Positions 9,584 through 20,053 of a stretch of 64,000 nucleotides of DNA are shown here, piece after piece. A program made the position numbers and the translations under genes. Location of the stretch: the NCBI GenBank assembly GCA_963667015.2, contig CAXXJJ010000004.1:800001-864000 (forward strand), given 5' to 3'. This stretch comes from Desulfatiglandales bacterium. Its GTDB lineage: Bacteria; Desulfobacterota; DSM-4660; Desulfatiglandales; HGW-15. The notes under the pieces were generated by a model, which was not told where the DNA came from, did no database searches, and saw only the letters and a program-made list of their open reading frames with translations. The stretch's first letter is position 1; the number at the start of each line of letters is the position of its first letter.

Positions 9584-9722
9584 TTTTATTTTTGAGTCAT
9601 CCCTAAGTCTATTACAACCCAGTTAGAACTTGCCCCTCCAGTTCCTCCAGTTGCATTACCAGAATTGATACCGTCATTCACTGTATTGTTGTATAGCCAA
9701 TATCTATTTGGGAGCGCCATAC

Positions 9723-10079
9723 CTAATCTCCTTTTATAAAGTCTGAAATTAATTGTTTACTGTATTCCTCATACCCGCATCCTTTATTATTACAGCACGA
9801 TGCTCCGCATAGCATATATGTTCGGTACCCTTCCTTATACTTCTCAGAATCTTTGTGCACCATAGACATGTTTAAAGGTTTGTTACACTCTGGACACCTT
9901 TTAGCTACTGATCTGTCTATACTTTCAGCTCCCTTTACAATCCTTCCTTTATGTGTAGGCATACTGTCCTTAAGTGCTTCATGCAGCGATTTTCCATTAC
10001 CTGCAGCCAGTAAAGACATGTTGATAATTTCTTGGATCTGTCCTTTAGTAAAGATCCCATTGAAGGCACTAAACATCAC
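9723..10079 (-). CDS. Cys-rich zinc-finger-like hypothetical protein
   Basis: CPEC and CGASCCNNKGC motifs; operonic. Confidence 0.7.
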   Translation of the reverse strand: MMFSAFNGIFTKGQIQEIINMSLLAAGNGKSLHEALKDSMPTHKGRIVKGAESIDRSVAKRCPECNKPLNMSMVHKDSEKYKEGYRTYMLCGASCCNNKGCGYEEYSKQLISDFIKGD

Positions 10080-12738
10080 ATCCTCCCCAAGTGTAATAAG
10101 AGTATGCTGAACTATTATGCTCTACCGGGGGCTCTGTCAGATCACAAGGGATACATCCATCACATCCTTCCGGTCCTGATGCCAGGCTTTTAATTGAGCA
10201 CGGCCATGCATGTTCATAACATACTTCACTGAGCACCCATCTCTTTGTTCCTTGTATAATCTCTGTCTCAGATGTACATGTTGAGGTGTCACAATCTCCA
10301 GCTTCAAAACCCTGACATGTCCCACAACATGCTCTACATGCTCCCTGCGAAATCCACTGTCCCCCTGTATTTCTTAACTCTCCAGTTATACTCTTCCCGC
10401 AGTCATCTGTTACCGTAATGGATACACTCGCATCAAAATCAGTTCCACAGACTCCGCTAACGCAAGAAACCTGGTTAACTCTGCTTGCAGTCTCTTCTAT
10501 AAAAATATTATAACCAATACCGCTAACCGACCATGTAAATGGAGCGCGTCCACCGGTTACAAACACCTGAACAGATTCACCCGCGACAATCGTTTCAGGG
10601 CTATTTTCCGTATCCCACTCCATTCCTTCTTCACATTCACACTGCCCCTGGCAATGCTCCAGCGCCTCCGCTTTTAATTCTGCATATTTCTCCCAGTACT
10701 CTGCGCTGTTTTGTTCACATGAACATTGTTCAAGTGCCAGTTGTGATATCTTTTTACCGCTGCCCCCACCATATCCTTGAGTGGTTCCGTATATGTCAAA
10801 CTCCTCATTGCACAGCAGTTCGCAGTCACAGTCGTGCTCCAGCGCGGTGGAAAAACGGGCTCCCGTCGTTCCCTTATCAGGCACACACCAGTTAAAATCA
10901 TCTACAGAATCTTCATTATTCTGGTCGTATTCTTCGTCTTCGTCTTTATCATCGTAATATCCGCCGTCTCCGCCATCATCCCAGTCCGGAGGATAATCTT
11001 CTATAGGGCTGGTACTGTCTGTCACTGTTATTTCAACCGAATCAGACACACCTTCCTCTCTGCTGCTTAAAATACTGGCCTTTATTAAAGCGGTCCCGAC
11101 GCTTGACCCTGTAAACCGATTGAGTACCGCGCCCTGTGCCGTGTAATTTACATGCAGATCAATCCCGGATTCCACACTGGCGTTCAGCGTTACAAGCTTC
11201 CCGTCATGAGAGGAGTACAAATTAGATCCATAGCTCACCCCCTCTTCATTAACCTTGTAAACACTCGTAACACTGGCCGGAAACATTGAAAGCTCGCATT
11301 GCGTGAATCCACTGATTTCGTTTATTGCGACCGTCTCCTCATTTTTAATCTTAACAGTTCCAAGCCTGGCAGTACTCCATCTCAGTGTTCCTCGATGAAC
11401 CCTGCTGATTTGTGACACATAAACCACACGCCCTACAGTCACCGGACCGGACTCCTCAACATACACAATAATCTGTGACTGACCTGTTATCACAACAGAC
11501 GTAGGCGCTGCAGTGAGTTTTATGGTAGGCGGGCACTGGCACGGGTTGCCGATATATACAATTCCGCTGTCCTGCTGGCCTTCCAGGTCTGCCATTACTG
11601 TCACATCCTCGGCCACAAAACCGGATGTAATGTAATTAACAGCCATGCCCTCAGCATAATATGAGACAATAACCGTCTGGTCGCAGTAATCCAGCTTGTC
11701 TGTCAAAGTGACAGTGTTTCCGTCAATGGTGTAGCCGCCTGCGGCAAAATTCTTCGCCCTGGCAGTGTCCGCCAGCGCCCATACGCCGACAATAGAACTG
11801 GGCGGAATATCAACCTTTAAGGTATAAAAATTAGATGCTTTCTGCTGTTCGTTCTGGATCAGGATCTGCTGAGTATTGGTTTTTTCGTAGTCAAGTGTAG
11901 CGGAGGCTGCATCATGATCCCAAGTAACAACCAGCCCGTTAACCGCGTCGCCTTCCGGATCTGTTATCCTTGTATATAATTTCTGCTTTGATGAAGCATC
12001 CGCCTGGAGGCATTTGTTCGGAATAAAAAGATTAACCGAATAACTGCCCAGTGATCCGATCGGCGTAATTCTCAATCTGTTTGCAAATTCAGGCCACTCA
12101 GATGACTCCTCAACCGATTTAATTTCAGCGTCAGTGATAGTGATGTCTTCCGAAGAAGGAGAGTATTTTATTTTTTTAATACATAAATGATCCAGCCTGT
12201 CCGTAGTTACAAAACCTGTCGGATGCTCTGCCAGGTTCAATAATTCGGTGATTACTTCTATAGGGAAAAGATTTTCAACTTCAAATGTGTACGGATAAAT
12301 GACAAAATCATCAACTTCACAGTATGCAGAGTTCCATGTAAAACCTGCCAGGTCGCACACCTCATCACATATGGCATAAAATGTCGTCTGCTCCGTCCAC
12401 ACTTTTGTCACTTTTGGTGCAAAAGGTTCGGAAAGCATGGCAGTCAGGGATCTTCCCCACACTCCCTGCATAAGTTCACTGTTGATATCAATGATGAATT
12501 TAGGCCGCTCAAAATAAAACTGGCCCTGAAGCTCCCAGTTGGAGCCTGTCCTGGTGTATACAGTTATCTCCGGAGTCTCCGGGATCTGCGAGAAGTCGAA
12601 ACTGTCGGACAGGCTTTTATCAATGATATTCAGCGTTAATTCTTTGCAGAACATATCTTTACTGCGGGCAATATTAAACCAGTTCGCCTTGCCAGATATA
12701 TCAACGCTGTTTAATTCTATTTTCCATCCGTATGGCAT
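10069..12738 (-). CDS. Large tail tip/hub protein with Ig-like segments and Cys-rich C-terminus
   Basis: 889 aa, two genes after the tape measure; beta-rich middle, acidic linker, many Cys in last ~270 aa. Confidence 0.7.
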   Translation of the reverse strand: MPYGWKIELNSVDISGKANWFNIARSKDMFCKELTLNIIDKSLSDSFDFSQIPETPEITVYTRTGSNWELQGQFYFERPKFIIDINSELMQGVWGRSLTAMLSEPFAPKVTKVWTEQTTFYAICDEVCDLAGFTWNSAYCEVDDFVIYPYTFEVENLFPIEVITELLNLAEHPTGFVTTDRLDHLCIKKIKYSPSSEDITITDAEIKSVEESSEWPEFANRLRITPIGSLGSYSVNLFIPNKCLQADASSKQKLYTRITDPEGDAVNGLVVTWDHDAASATLDYEKTNTQQILIQNEQQKASNFYTLKVDIPPSSIVGVWALADTARAKNFAAGGYTIDGNTVTLTDKLDYCDQTVIVSYYAEGMAVNYITSGFVAEDVTVMADLEGQQDSGIVYIGNPCQCPPTIKLTAAPTSVVITGQSQIIVYVEESGPVTVGRVVYVSQISRVHRGTLRWSTARLGTVKIKNEETVAINEISGFTQCELSMFPASVTSVYKVNEEGVSYGSNLYSSHDGKLVTLNASVESGIDLHVNYTAQGAVLNRFTGSSVGTALIKASILSSREEGVSDSVEITVTDSTSPIEDYPPDWDDGGDGGYYDDKDEDEEYDQNNEDSVDDFNWCVPDKGTTGARFSTALEHDCDCELLCNEEFDIYGTTQGYGGGSGKKISQLALEQCSCEQNSAEYWEKYAELKAEALEHCQGQCECEEGMEWDTENSPETIVAGESVQVFVTGGRAPFTWSVSGIGYNIFIEETASRVNQVSCVSGVCGTDFDASVSITVTDDCGKSITGELRNTGGQWISQGACRACCGTCQGFEAGDCDTSTCTSETEIIQGTKRWVLSEVCYEHAWPCSIKSLASGPEGCDGCIPCDLTEPPVEHNSSAYSYYTWGGCDV

Positions 12739-12750
12739 AAAATCCTTTTT

Positions 12751-12830
12751 GCCACCAAGACACTAAGTCACTAAGAAAAACGTTTTTATTTTATAAACAA
12801 AGAATCTTTGTGTCTTCGTGCCTTTGTGGC
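12751..12830. repeat. Intergenic inverted short-tandem repeat (CACYAAG type)
   Basis: GCCACCAAGACACTAAGTCACTAAG ... CTTTGTGTCTTCGTGCCTTTGTGGC. Confidence 0.75.
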
Positions 12831-13285
12831 TATATTGTTTTTTCAATTACAATAAGATTAATCTCATAGCTGTAAACATCCTGGCCGTGCTGCTCCCAGA
12901 ACAGGTTTTTCCGGTATTTTAATCCGTTAGGCCTCACAAACTGCACCTTCCACGCCCTGAAACCGTCTGTGAAATAATACTGCCCGTCAACTACATCATG
13001 AATCGCTTTAATGGCGGCAATATTAGTTGCAGAGATATTGGCATCGGTCTCCGAAAAAGAGATTCTGCCGTCACTTACAACAACTCCAAAATCCTGAATC
13101 ACATTTCCGCCCAGGGTAGGTATCACGCTGCCCCTGCCGGTATTTCCGGCATCAAAATCATAATTTCCAAAGATAGGCGGCTGATCCAGCTTGACTAGGG
13201 TCGCAGGGGCAGGGTCAAGTGCTGCCGGTGTTAAAGACGCGCCCCGCTCGGTTGAATAAAAATAAAAATCCTTCTGTGTTACCAC
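12830..13285 (-). CDS. Distal tail protein-like
   Basis: First gene after tape measure, 151 aa. Confidence 0.55.
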   Translation of the reverse strand: MVTQKDFYFYSTERGASLTPAALDPAPATLVKLDQPPIFGNYDFDAGNTGRGSVIPTLGGNVIQDFGVVVSDGRISFSETDANISATNIAAIKAIHDVVDGQYYFTDGFRAWKVQFVRPNGLKYRKNLFWEQHGQDVYSYEINLIVIEKTI

Positions 13286-13294
13286 GTTTTCTCC

Positions 13295-13384
13295 GTAGGG
13301 TCGGGTTTTATACCCGACCGGGCACGGTGCGCCGTGCCCCTACAGTTTTTCCTAACATCCTTCAGCCTAAACTGCTTCAGCCTA
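13295..13384. repeat. GTAG-type REP pair plus TTCAGCC heptamer repeats
   Basis: GTAGGGTCGGGTTTATACCCGACC, GGGCACGGTGCGCCGTGCCCCTAC, CCTTCAGCCTAAACTGCTTCAGCCTA. Confidence 0.8.
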
Positions 13385-16353
13385 TTTCCTACTCAGCCCC
13401 ATCCTGATCAGCTCCTTTTCAAGCCCTTTCACCATTCCTCGCGTGGTCGACCTGTTTCCCTGGACAGTGAGTGGCATGTCGACATTTCCCGCCTGCAGGC
13501 GGAGTGTAAAAGTCTCATTCGATCCTCTCAGGCCAGGCGCGATTCCGCCGCCTGCAAATGCCATCCTGGGAGATGACACTTCCGGAAGGGAAATATTAAC
13601 GAGCTTCTTTTTAAGCAGGGCGCTCAACATTCCGACCCAGTCCCTGTTATTGTGGGCATAGAACAGCTCCTTACCTCCGGCCCTTACTGCTTCCTTGTTT
13701 AAAACACCTTCCCCGGCCTCCAGGATAGCCCGTATTTTGTCGCCGCCGCCATATCCCGGGAGAAGCCTTCCGGTTGCAGCTTTGATCACACTGGCTGTTG
13801 TTCCAAGCAGTGAGCCTGCTATGCCTCCCAGTCTGTGAGCTTCCTGCTTATGATATCTCTCGTAAATATCGACATATTTCTTAGCAGGGGCCTCTACCCA
13901 GTTTTTTAACGCAGCCTTGGCCTCTTCCAGCCCCTTCAGCGTGATATTTACCTTAGCCTCGCGCTGTTTTGCGATTTCATCCAGCTGGGCCTTTATCCCG
14001 TCTGCAGTGGCCTGCCATTCATCATGGGCCTTTTGTGCAGCATCCTTCTGAGCTGTATATAACTGATTAACAAAATCACCGACGGCCTGTACTCCATTAA
14101 TAGCAACCTGTTTTGTATCCTGCAGGGACTGCACAACAACATCGTTGCCGTCTTTGGATCCTTTAACCTCTGTGGCCAGGTCGGCATACAGGCCCTCAGC
14201 ATCCCTGGCGAGCTGTTCAGCCAGTTTATAATCCTTTTCAGCAAGGGCCTGTTTTGCGGCATACAGTTTTTCCTCGGCTTCCCGCCTCTTATCTGCCCAG
14301 ACTTCAGCTTCATCAAGTCCCTTGCGGCCAAGTTCCCGGATCTTGTCTTCAGAGGAGAGGCGGGCATATTTGATCTTTTCTTCAAACTCGATAACCGTTT
14401 CAGCATAATCCGCAGCCTTCTTTGTTGCCTCTTCATATGATTTCTTTGCCTGTTTCTCGAACTCATCGAGCTGCTCTTTAGTGGCCTTCACAGCCTCAGC
14501 CGGTTTCTGTATTTCCTCTGCAGCGTCGGATGCCGACTCACTTACCTTTTTAAAATCTTCCTGGATTTCTTTTAGTCGGGCATTGACCTTTTCCAGGGTC
14601 TTGCTGTCTCCCTGTTCTTCAAGTTTTGCTTTGAGGGCGGTATAATATGCCCGGGCTTTTGCCAGTTTTTTCTAAGTTCTTCCAGATCTTCCTGGGCAAG
14701 ATCCGTGATATCATCGGGAAGTTTTACACCTTTAAACTCTCCATATTTCCTCATCAAATCATCAGAATTTTTAATCAGGTTTTGATGGGCTTTTTCCTGT
14801 ACCTCTGCCGCCTTTTTCCACTCAAGGGCTGCTTTGACTGCCTCTTTAACTTGATAGCCAGCCCATATGGCTAGACCTATTACACTTGCTGCCGTTACGG
14901 CATTTAATGCTTTAAACTGGGCAGCCAATCCGCCGACAGCAGCCTGTGCAACATGCGCCTGTACTGCCAGCCCGACAAGTCCGGAAAATGCATGTTTCAA
15001 TCCAAGGTTCCAGATTGCCGTAGCCACCCCTGCAGCAGTAATGGTCCCTACCAGGATTTTAGTAACCGGGTCGGCTTCCTTAAAGCCTTCAACCAGCCAC
15101 CTTATAGCCTTTGCAGCCGGAAGCAGACCAATTGCCACCATCTTGCCGGCAGATATGGTCATGTCATCAATAGTGTTCCAGAAAAGTTTCATCTGGTTTT
15201 CCGGCGTGTCCGCCATCTTGTCGTATGCTTCCTGTGTGGCGCCGCCTGCGTTCTCCATCTCACCCATAATGTCAACGAGTTTGTCAAAGTTCTGGGTCAA
15301 AGCGAGAACACCGGTTCGGGCTTCCACATCCGGGATCAGCAGCCTCATCTGGTCAATGGAAAGACCTTTTTTGCGGATTTCATCAAGGGTAGGGATGAGC
15401 CCTTTCCAGGTAATATTAAGTTCGTCAAATTTCTTTTTTGCTTCCGGAGCAGGGGCAGCCAGGGCATTGATTGCCCCCTTCAGGGCGGTTGTTGCCTGAG
15501 GAGTGCGGATACCCGCCTTTGTGAGTGCGGCTATGCTCGCAGAAACAGCCTTAATGCCGACGTCTGCGGCCTTGGCAGTGGGCAGTACTTCACCCAGGCT
15601 GGACGCCAGTTGAGGGAATGTGGTAACGCCCTGTTTTACTGTCTGGAAAAGAATATCATAAACGTTATTCAGCTCGCCTATTTCTTTACCGTAAGCGTTG
15701 ATAACCGCTATGCCCACATTCGCAGCGGTCTTGGTATCCGTAACACCGGCAACAGCAGCCTTTGCAGATTTTTCAAGTACTCCTGTGGATTTCTCCAGGG
15801 CAACACCGGCAGAAATGATGTCATATTCCGCAGCGGCCAGCTCCGATGCTGTTTGAGGGATATCCTCTGTCAGGCTCCGGATCTCTTTTCCCAGGGATGC
15901 GAATTTCTCATGGCTCACATCGATAAGGGTATTAACCTCTCCCATGCGCTGGCTGAATTGAGAGTACTCCTGGAAGGATTTAACAAACAGATAACCCGCA
16001 GCGGCCAGCCCGGCAACCCCGGCCTTTGCCTTGCCCAATTCCCCTGCCCAGTCGCCGGTTTCTTTCCGGAGTTCCGCTGTCTTTTTCTGCAGTCTGAGCT
16101 TAGCCTGGTAAAGATCTGCAGCGGACGTAGTACCGCTCCTTTTGAGCCGGTTATATGCCGCTTGAAGCCGCTGTATATCCCGCTGAATCTCGGCATATGG
16201 CTTTACTCCGAGAAGAGTTCTGGCCGCCAGTATCCTATTGACCTTTTGAGCTGTAGCCCCTGTCTTATCCATTTCGCCACGGGCTTTGGCCAGTTCACCG
16301 GCAGTCTTGTTTTCCGCTTCAACGGTTATTTTGATTTTGTTCTTATCTGCCAT
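13382..16353 (-). CDS. Tail tape measure protein (TP901-type core), split by a -1 frameshift at 14665-14671
   Basis: TP901 core (MGEVNTL..ELAAAEYDIISAG..GVTTFPQLASSLG); shifting at A_AAA_AAC gives an open frame into ORF 13382..14491. Confidence 0.88.
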
Positions 16354-16430
16354 TCAAATAATAGCCTTTTAGACCGTAGGCTGTAGGCTTTTAGTTTTTA
16401 CTAATAGTCTTCAGCCTAAAATGCTTCAGC

Positions 16431-16897
16431 CTATTTATTTTCTTCCGGAGGCTTCATCCACTCATTAGCCTCTTCAATCGATGTCAAAAAGAAACTCATT
16501 CCATAATTCCAGGGCTCCTTGTGGCCCAGCATGACTAATCTTGCGCAGGTTCTTTCGAACTGTTTTCTCGAAGCTTTTGCATCAATTCTGGATTTTTCAG
16601 AACTTCCATTCCGAAGGTTGCCAGCTTCTTTATTCTGCTGGCTGTAGTAGGGTTTGCCTTTTCAACCTTATCAATCAGTTTCTCAATATCGGATGGATAC
16701 ATTGCAAGCAGGTCCTCTTCGGTCAGTCCGGTGCACATCTTTGTTAACGAGGCCGGAATCCTCTCCGGAAACAATTCATCAATGAATGAATTCTCGAACG
16801 TACCTATGTTTTCTATGTAATTCTGTGATTCCAGGCCTGAGATTTCATTGATTTCAATTTTCTTACCATCGATTGTAATTTCATCCGCTCTTCGCAT
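16431..16897 (-). CDS. Tail assembly chaperone (16535..16897) with probable -1 frameshift extension (gpG/gpGT-like)
   Basis: Between tail tube and tape measure; -1 frame reads FERTCARLVMLGHKEPWNYGMSFFLTSIEEANEWMKPPEENK*. Confidence 0.7.
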
Positions 16898-16963
16898 TTT
16901 CTACTCTCTTCTAAAAAGGGCACGTTCACCGTGCCCCTGCGTTTTTACCTAACAGCCTTCAGC

Positions 16964-17950
16964 CTATCCTATAATCTCCGTCTTGTAATATTCCTGGCCG
17001 GATGGCTGTGTAGCATCCCAGAGTACAGTAGATGTTACCTGCAGTATTGATGCGCCATCTCCTCCGATAATTGGGAAGTCTCCATTTAAGACAAAACTCA
17101 CTTTATGGAATGTCCATCTGGTTCGTGGACCCAGATCATTTTTATCTGTTACAACGATTATTTTTCTTGTAATAATCCCTGCACTCCCACCCCACATGTA
17201 TTTTCTATTTACCGCAGGGTAGTCGTAGCTGAGCAGGTCTGTATCAATGATAGCCCCAGTGCTAAGTTTTCGGATCAGCCCATAATCGACATCGAGAGTA
17301 TAATCTATTCCCTGGGTTCGCCTTTCGGTTCCTGCAGCATTGGTAATAATGACATCCGCCATTACCTCAATGCCTGTCGGGACAATATGATTTGTATCAA
17401 GGGTCTCATATACCTGTTGACCTGCCACAAAGGTTCCGACAACATTAACCAGCTCAATATAATTGGACCCTACAAAGGCAATTTTCCCTGTTGCCCCGCT
17501 TAAGGATTGAGTGACATTGTCATCAACTTCAAGGCTCCCGGTAATTACTCCGGAAAGCTTGGTTATTTTGAGATCAAGCCTGCCTAGGTCAATGTAAAGA
17601 TCATTGACCAGGTCGACATCTGCTGCAGCTCCTATCTCATCCTGGAATACATATGAAGCCGCCTGGTTGTCAGTATTGATCCCGGATGCCAGCAGAGCAT
17701 TTTTCAGGTTTTCATTTGTCCATTCCCTCATTCCATAGGTAAGTGAAGGAACAAGCTCTGAAGCTGCCTCCAGTATTACGGCTTTTGACGCATTCCTGGT
17801 GCTGTTGATTTTTTCGGTTGGCTGACTTACTCCAAAGCTGAGTCCTTCCAGCTCTCCTGTGTCATCATATGATGAACCTCCAACGGCACCATAATAGGCT
17901 CTGCCGGTCCCTTTAAATCGAATATTATCCGCACTTGATGCTAATCCCAT
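16964..17950 (-). CDS. Major tail tube protein
   Basis: Position; GTGRAYY..GELEGLSFG..ENLKNAL..DYTLDVDYGLI..FHKVSF. Confidence 0.8.
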   Translation of the reverse strand: MGLASSADNIRFKGTGRAYYGAVGGSSYDDTGELEGLSFGVSQPTEKINSTRNASKAVILEAASELVPSLTYGMREWTNENLKNALLASGINTDNQAASYVFQDEIGAAADVDLVNDLYIDLGRLDLKITKLSGVITGSLEVDDNVTQSLSGATGKIAFVGSNYIELVNVVGTFVAGQQVYETLDTNHIVPTGIEVMADVIITNAAGTERRTQGIDYTLDVDYGLIRKLSTGAIIDTDLLSYDYPAVNRKYMWGGSAGIITRKIIVVTDKNDLGPRTRWTFHKVSFVLNGDFPIIGGDGASILQVTSTVLWDATQPSGQEYYKTEIIG

Positions 17951-18021
17951 TTTTTAATCCTCCCTGCCCGCCTGTAGGGGCACGGTGCCCGTGCCCTGTT
18001 TTTTAAGAGGTAGGCCTGCTT

Positions 18022-18441
18022 TTAAGTTAACGTAAAATATTTAGGTACAACAGGCACCAATACTGTTAACAAATAAACAGCAGGGCCACTGTCCGCCTTA
18101 AACTCCTGTATTCCTGGTGCATCCAGCACAATAAATTGCCCATGCCCCTTCCCTGGCAGCTTGTACTCGGATAATGAATTAAACGCGGCATCAACCAGGT
18201 CATACAATGGACCGTCAATACTGTTGCCGTCTTCATCTTTTTCAAGAACGGTTTCTATCTGGACAGCTATTCGCGAGGGAATTTCCGTCAGGGGTTCATT
18301 ATTAATGTTCTCTTTACCCCCATGGTACCAGACCCTGCATAATGGATAAGACGGCTTATCACTGGATAGACCGCATAATGTTGAAAAAACGCCCGTGTCT
18401 GCGAGCCTGTCTTTAACTGCTGTTACTATTTCGGATCTCAT
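18022..18441 (-). CDS. Tail terminator/completion protein
   Basis: Position before tail tube; about 140 aa. Confidence 0.6.
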   Translation of the reverse strand: MRSEIVTAVKDRLADTGVFSTLCGLSSDKPSYPLCRVWYHGGKENINNEPLTEIPSRIAVQIETVLEKDEDGNSIDGPLYDLVDAAFNSLSEYKLPGKGHGQFIVLDAPGIQEFKADSGPAVYLLTVLVPVVPKYFTLT

Positions 18442-18533
18442 ATATGCTTCCTTCGGTCGCGCATGGAGCAAAGCGCATAGGGTTTTTAGTTTTTACTAAC
18501 AGCCTTTAGCCTAAACAGCTTCAGCCTGCCTTT

Positions 18534-18836
18534 CTACGTTTCCTCAAGAAATAAAATAACACCGTCTGGACTGTCAGGAAGCATTGACAGAATACGAAAG
18601 GCACGACCCGAAATCGTAATAATATGCCCGTTGTTACCTGTGACTATGGTCGTTGCAAGGGCATCAACCGCCGATTTTAAAGCTGTGGCATATGGCCCGG
18701 TATGATCAATCATGTCACCGGATAAAACGGTTTCTCCGTCCAGGTCGTCCAGTACCCGAAGTGTTTCACCGTTTACCGTCGCATCAACCCCGAAGTCTGC
18801 AAGGGCCAGCTTAAGAATTTCGCTTCCGTCAATCAT
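18534..18836 (-). CDS. Head-tail joining protein (gpFII-like)
   Basis: ADFGVDAT..ITISGRAFRI..PDGVILFLE; follows capsid gene. Confidence 0.7.
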   Translation of the reverse strand: MIDGSEILKLALADFGVDATVNGETLRVLDDLDGETVLSGDMIDHTGPYATALKSAVDALATTIVTGNNGHIITISGRAFRILSMLPDSPDGVILFLEET

Positions 18837-18916
18837 TTATGCTGCACTCCTTTTAGTCGCGCATAGCGTATAAGGTTTTTAACGCTATGCTCTCTGTGCT
18901 ATGCGCTAACACCCCC

Positions 18917-19933
18917 TTACGCTGTAAGCTTAACCAGCATGCCCGGTCTGTAACACATTGGCAGCGGGTTGCTCTGGGAGTGGATATCCATGCCCCTGTT
19001 AAACTTTCTGGGTTCCATCTTTGTATAAATCTGTTTACCGATGGTACCGGCCGTTTCCAGAAAATCCGCAGGGGCGCAAAGGGTATCAAAAACATTCATG
19101 GTGCCTATCGGAAAGGCATGCGCCTCACCATCTGCGATGAATTTTCTTATATTGCCTTTTACATCCGGGGCCTGACCTACATATTCTTCAAAGGTCAACC
19201 CGCCAAATTTAAAGCCTTTACGCGGATCCCCCCCTAACCTGTCCGCGGCTTCCTGATAACCTTCGTAAGCCGCCTTTACATTTTCATGTTCAATGAAGGC
19301 ATCAAAAAAGCTGGCAGAGCAAAGAACATAAACACTGGTAAACATAGCGCCAAAGGCGTTCTGTTCTATATAGCGGGAAACATCCAGGCATTTGGTGCGT
19401 ACAGTGGTATCCGGATCGTCAAGAGCAAAATCTATAACCTTCTGAGTAATTTCAAACTCGTCGTACAGGTTGTATAATACGGACCCGTCCGCATCCAGGA
19501 TGATCCCCTTTAACGCGCCCATTCTTAAATGCTCCAGGGTGATGTCGTGTTTATTTCTCAGAGTCTGCTGTTTATCATTTACGATCTGGGCCAGAGCCAT
19601 CATTTCCGTTTCAGAACCAAAAGCCCTGATGCCGTCGTATTCACTTGGCAAAATGACATCATCATGCGGGATATGAGGGACATTAAAGTTCCGCACCTTC
19701 CTTTTCCCGCTCTGCCCAACTGTGCCGGGAGAGCCAACAGGCTGAGTCGGTAAAAGGTTTAAAACTCCGTTTCTTTCTTCAACGATTATCACACGTGTCC
19801 TTACACCCTTTATGGGCATAAGGTTCATAGCCTGTATCTTGCCGTATTGATTCGGCAGGATATTAATGGCATTGGTGAGAGACACCATGTTAAAAGCATC
19901 ATTATTTAAAAAAGGATTTATCATTTCAGGCAT
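18917..19933 (-). CDS. Major capsid protein (lambda gpE family)
   Basis: FNMVSLTNAIN..PHIPHDD..TLEHLRMGALKG..FGGLTFEEY..QSNPLPMCYRP. Confidence 0.93.
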   Translation of the reverse strand: MPEMINPFLNNDAFNMVSLTNAINILPNQYGKIQAMNLMPIKGVRTRVIIVEERNGVLNLLPTQPVGSPGTVGQSGKRKVRNFNVPHIPHDDVILPSEYDGIRAFGSETEMMALAQIVNDKQQTLRNKHDITLEHLRMGALKGIILDADGSVLYNLYDEFEITQKVIDFALDDPDTTVRTKCLDVSRYIEQNAFGAMFTSVYVLCSASFFDAFIEHENVKAAYEGYQEAADRLGGDPRKGFKFGGLTFEEYVGQAPDVKGNIRKFIADGEAHAFPIGTMNVFDTLCAPADFLETAGTIGKQIYTKMEPRKFNRGMDIHSQSNPLPMCYRPGMLVKLTA

Positions 19934-19979
19934 TTTATGCTCCTCCCTGCCGGAGATCCGGCATTTGTGTTATTTGTCA

Positions 19980-20050
19980 GTAGGGGCGAATAATCATTCG
20001 CCCGATTTTTTTATCCGTAAACCGCAAACCATAAACCGCGCACCGTGGTT
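19980..20050. repeat. GTAG REP (GTAGGGGCGAATAATCATTCGCCC) plus AAACCRY heptamers; near-identical REP at 20984
   Basis: Seen directly at 19980 and 20984. Confidence 0.8.
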
Positions 20051-20053
20051 TTA

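Larger units (their letters stand above)
7694..9603 (+). mobile_element. ISAzo13-family insertion sequence (1910 bp)
   Basis: Terminal IRs GGGATGACTCAAAAATAAA / TTTATTTTTGAGTCATCCC; TAA target duplication at 7691-7693 and 9604-9606. Confidence 0.92.
7127..9720 (-). pseudogene. Tail-module gene (226 aa reconstructed) split by ISAzo13
   Basis: 9720-9604 (MALPNRYWLYNN...VVIDL) joins in frame to 7690-7127 (VNDALLFL...FLYS) after removing the IS and one TAA copy. Confidence 0.9.

Noticed and set aside
5682..12738. Diversity-generating retroelement acting on tail proteins
   Set aside because: No reverse transcriptase and no TR/VR pair seen in the window
14953..16386. 477-aa plus-strand ORF (and 14867..15499)
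   Set aside because: Antisense shadows of the tape-measure gene with no recognisable motifs
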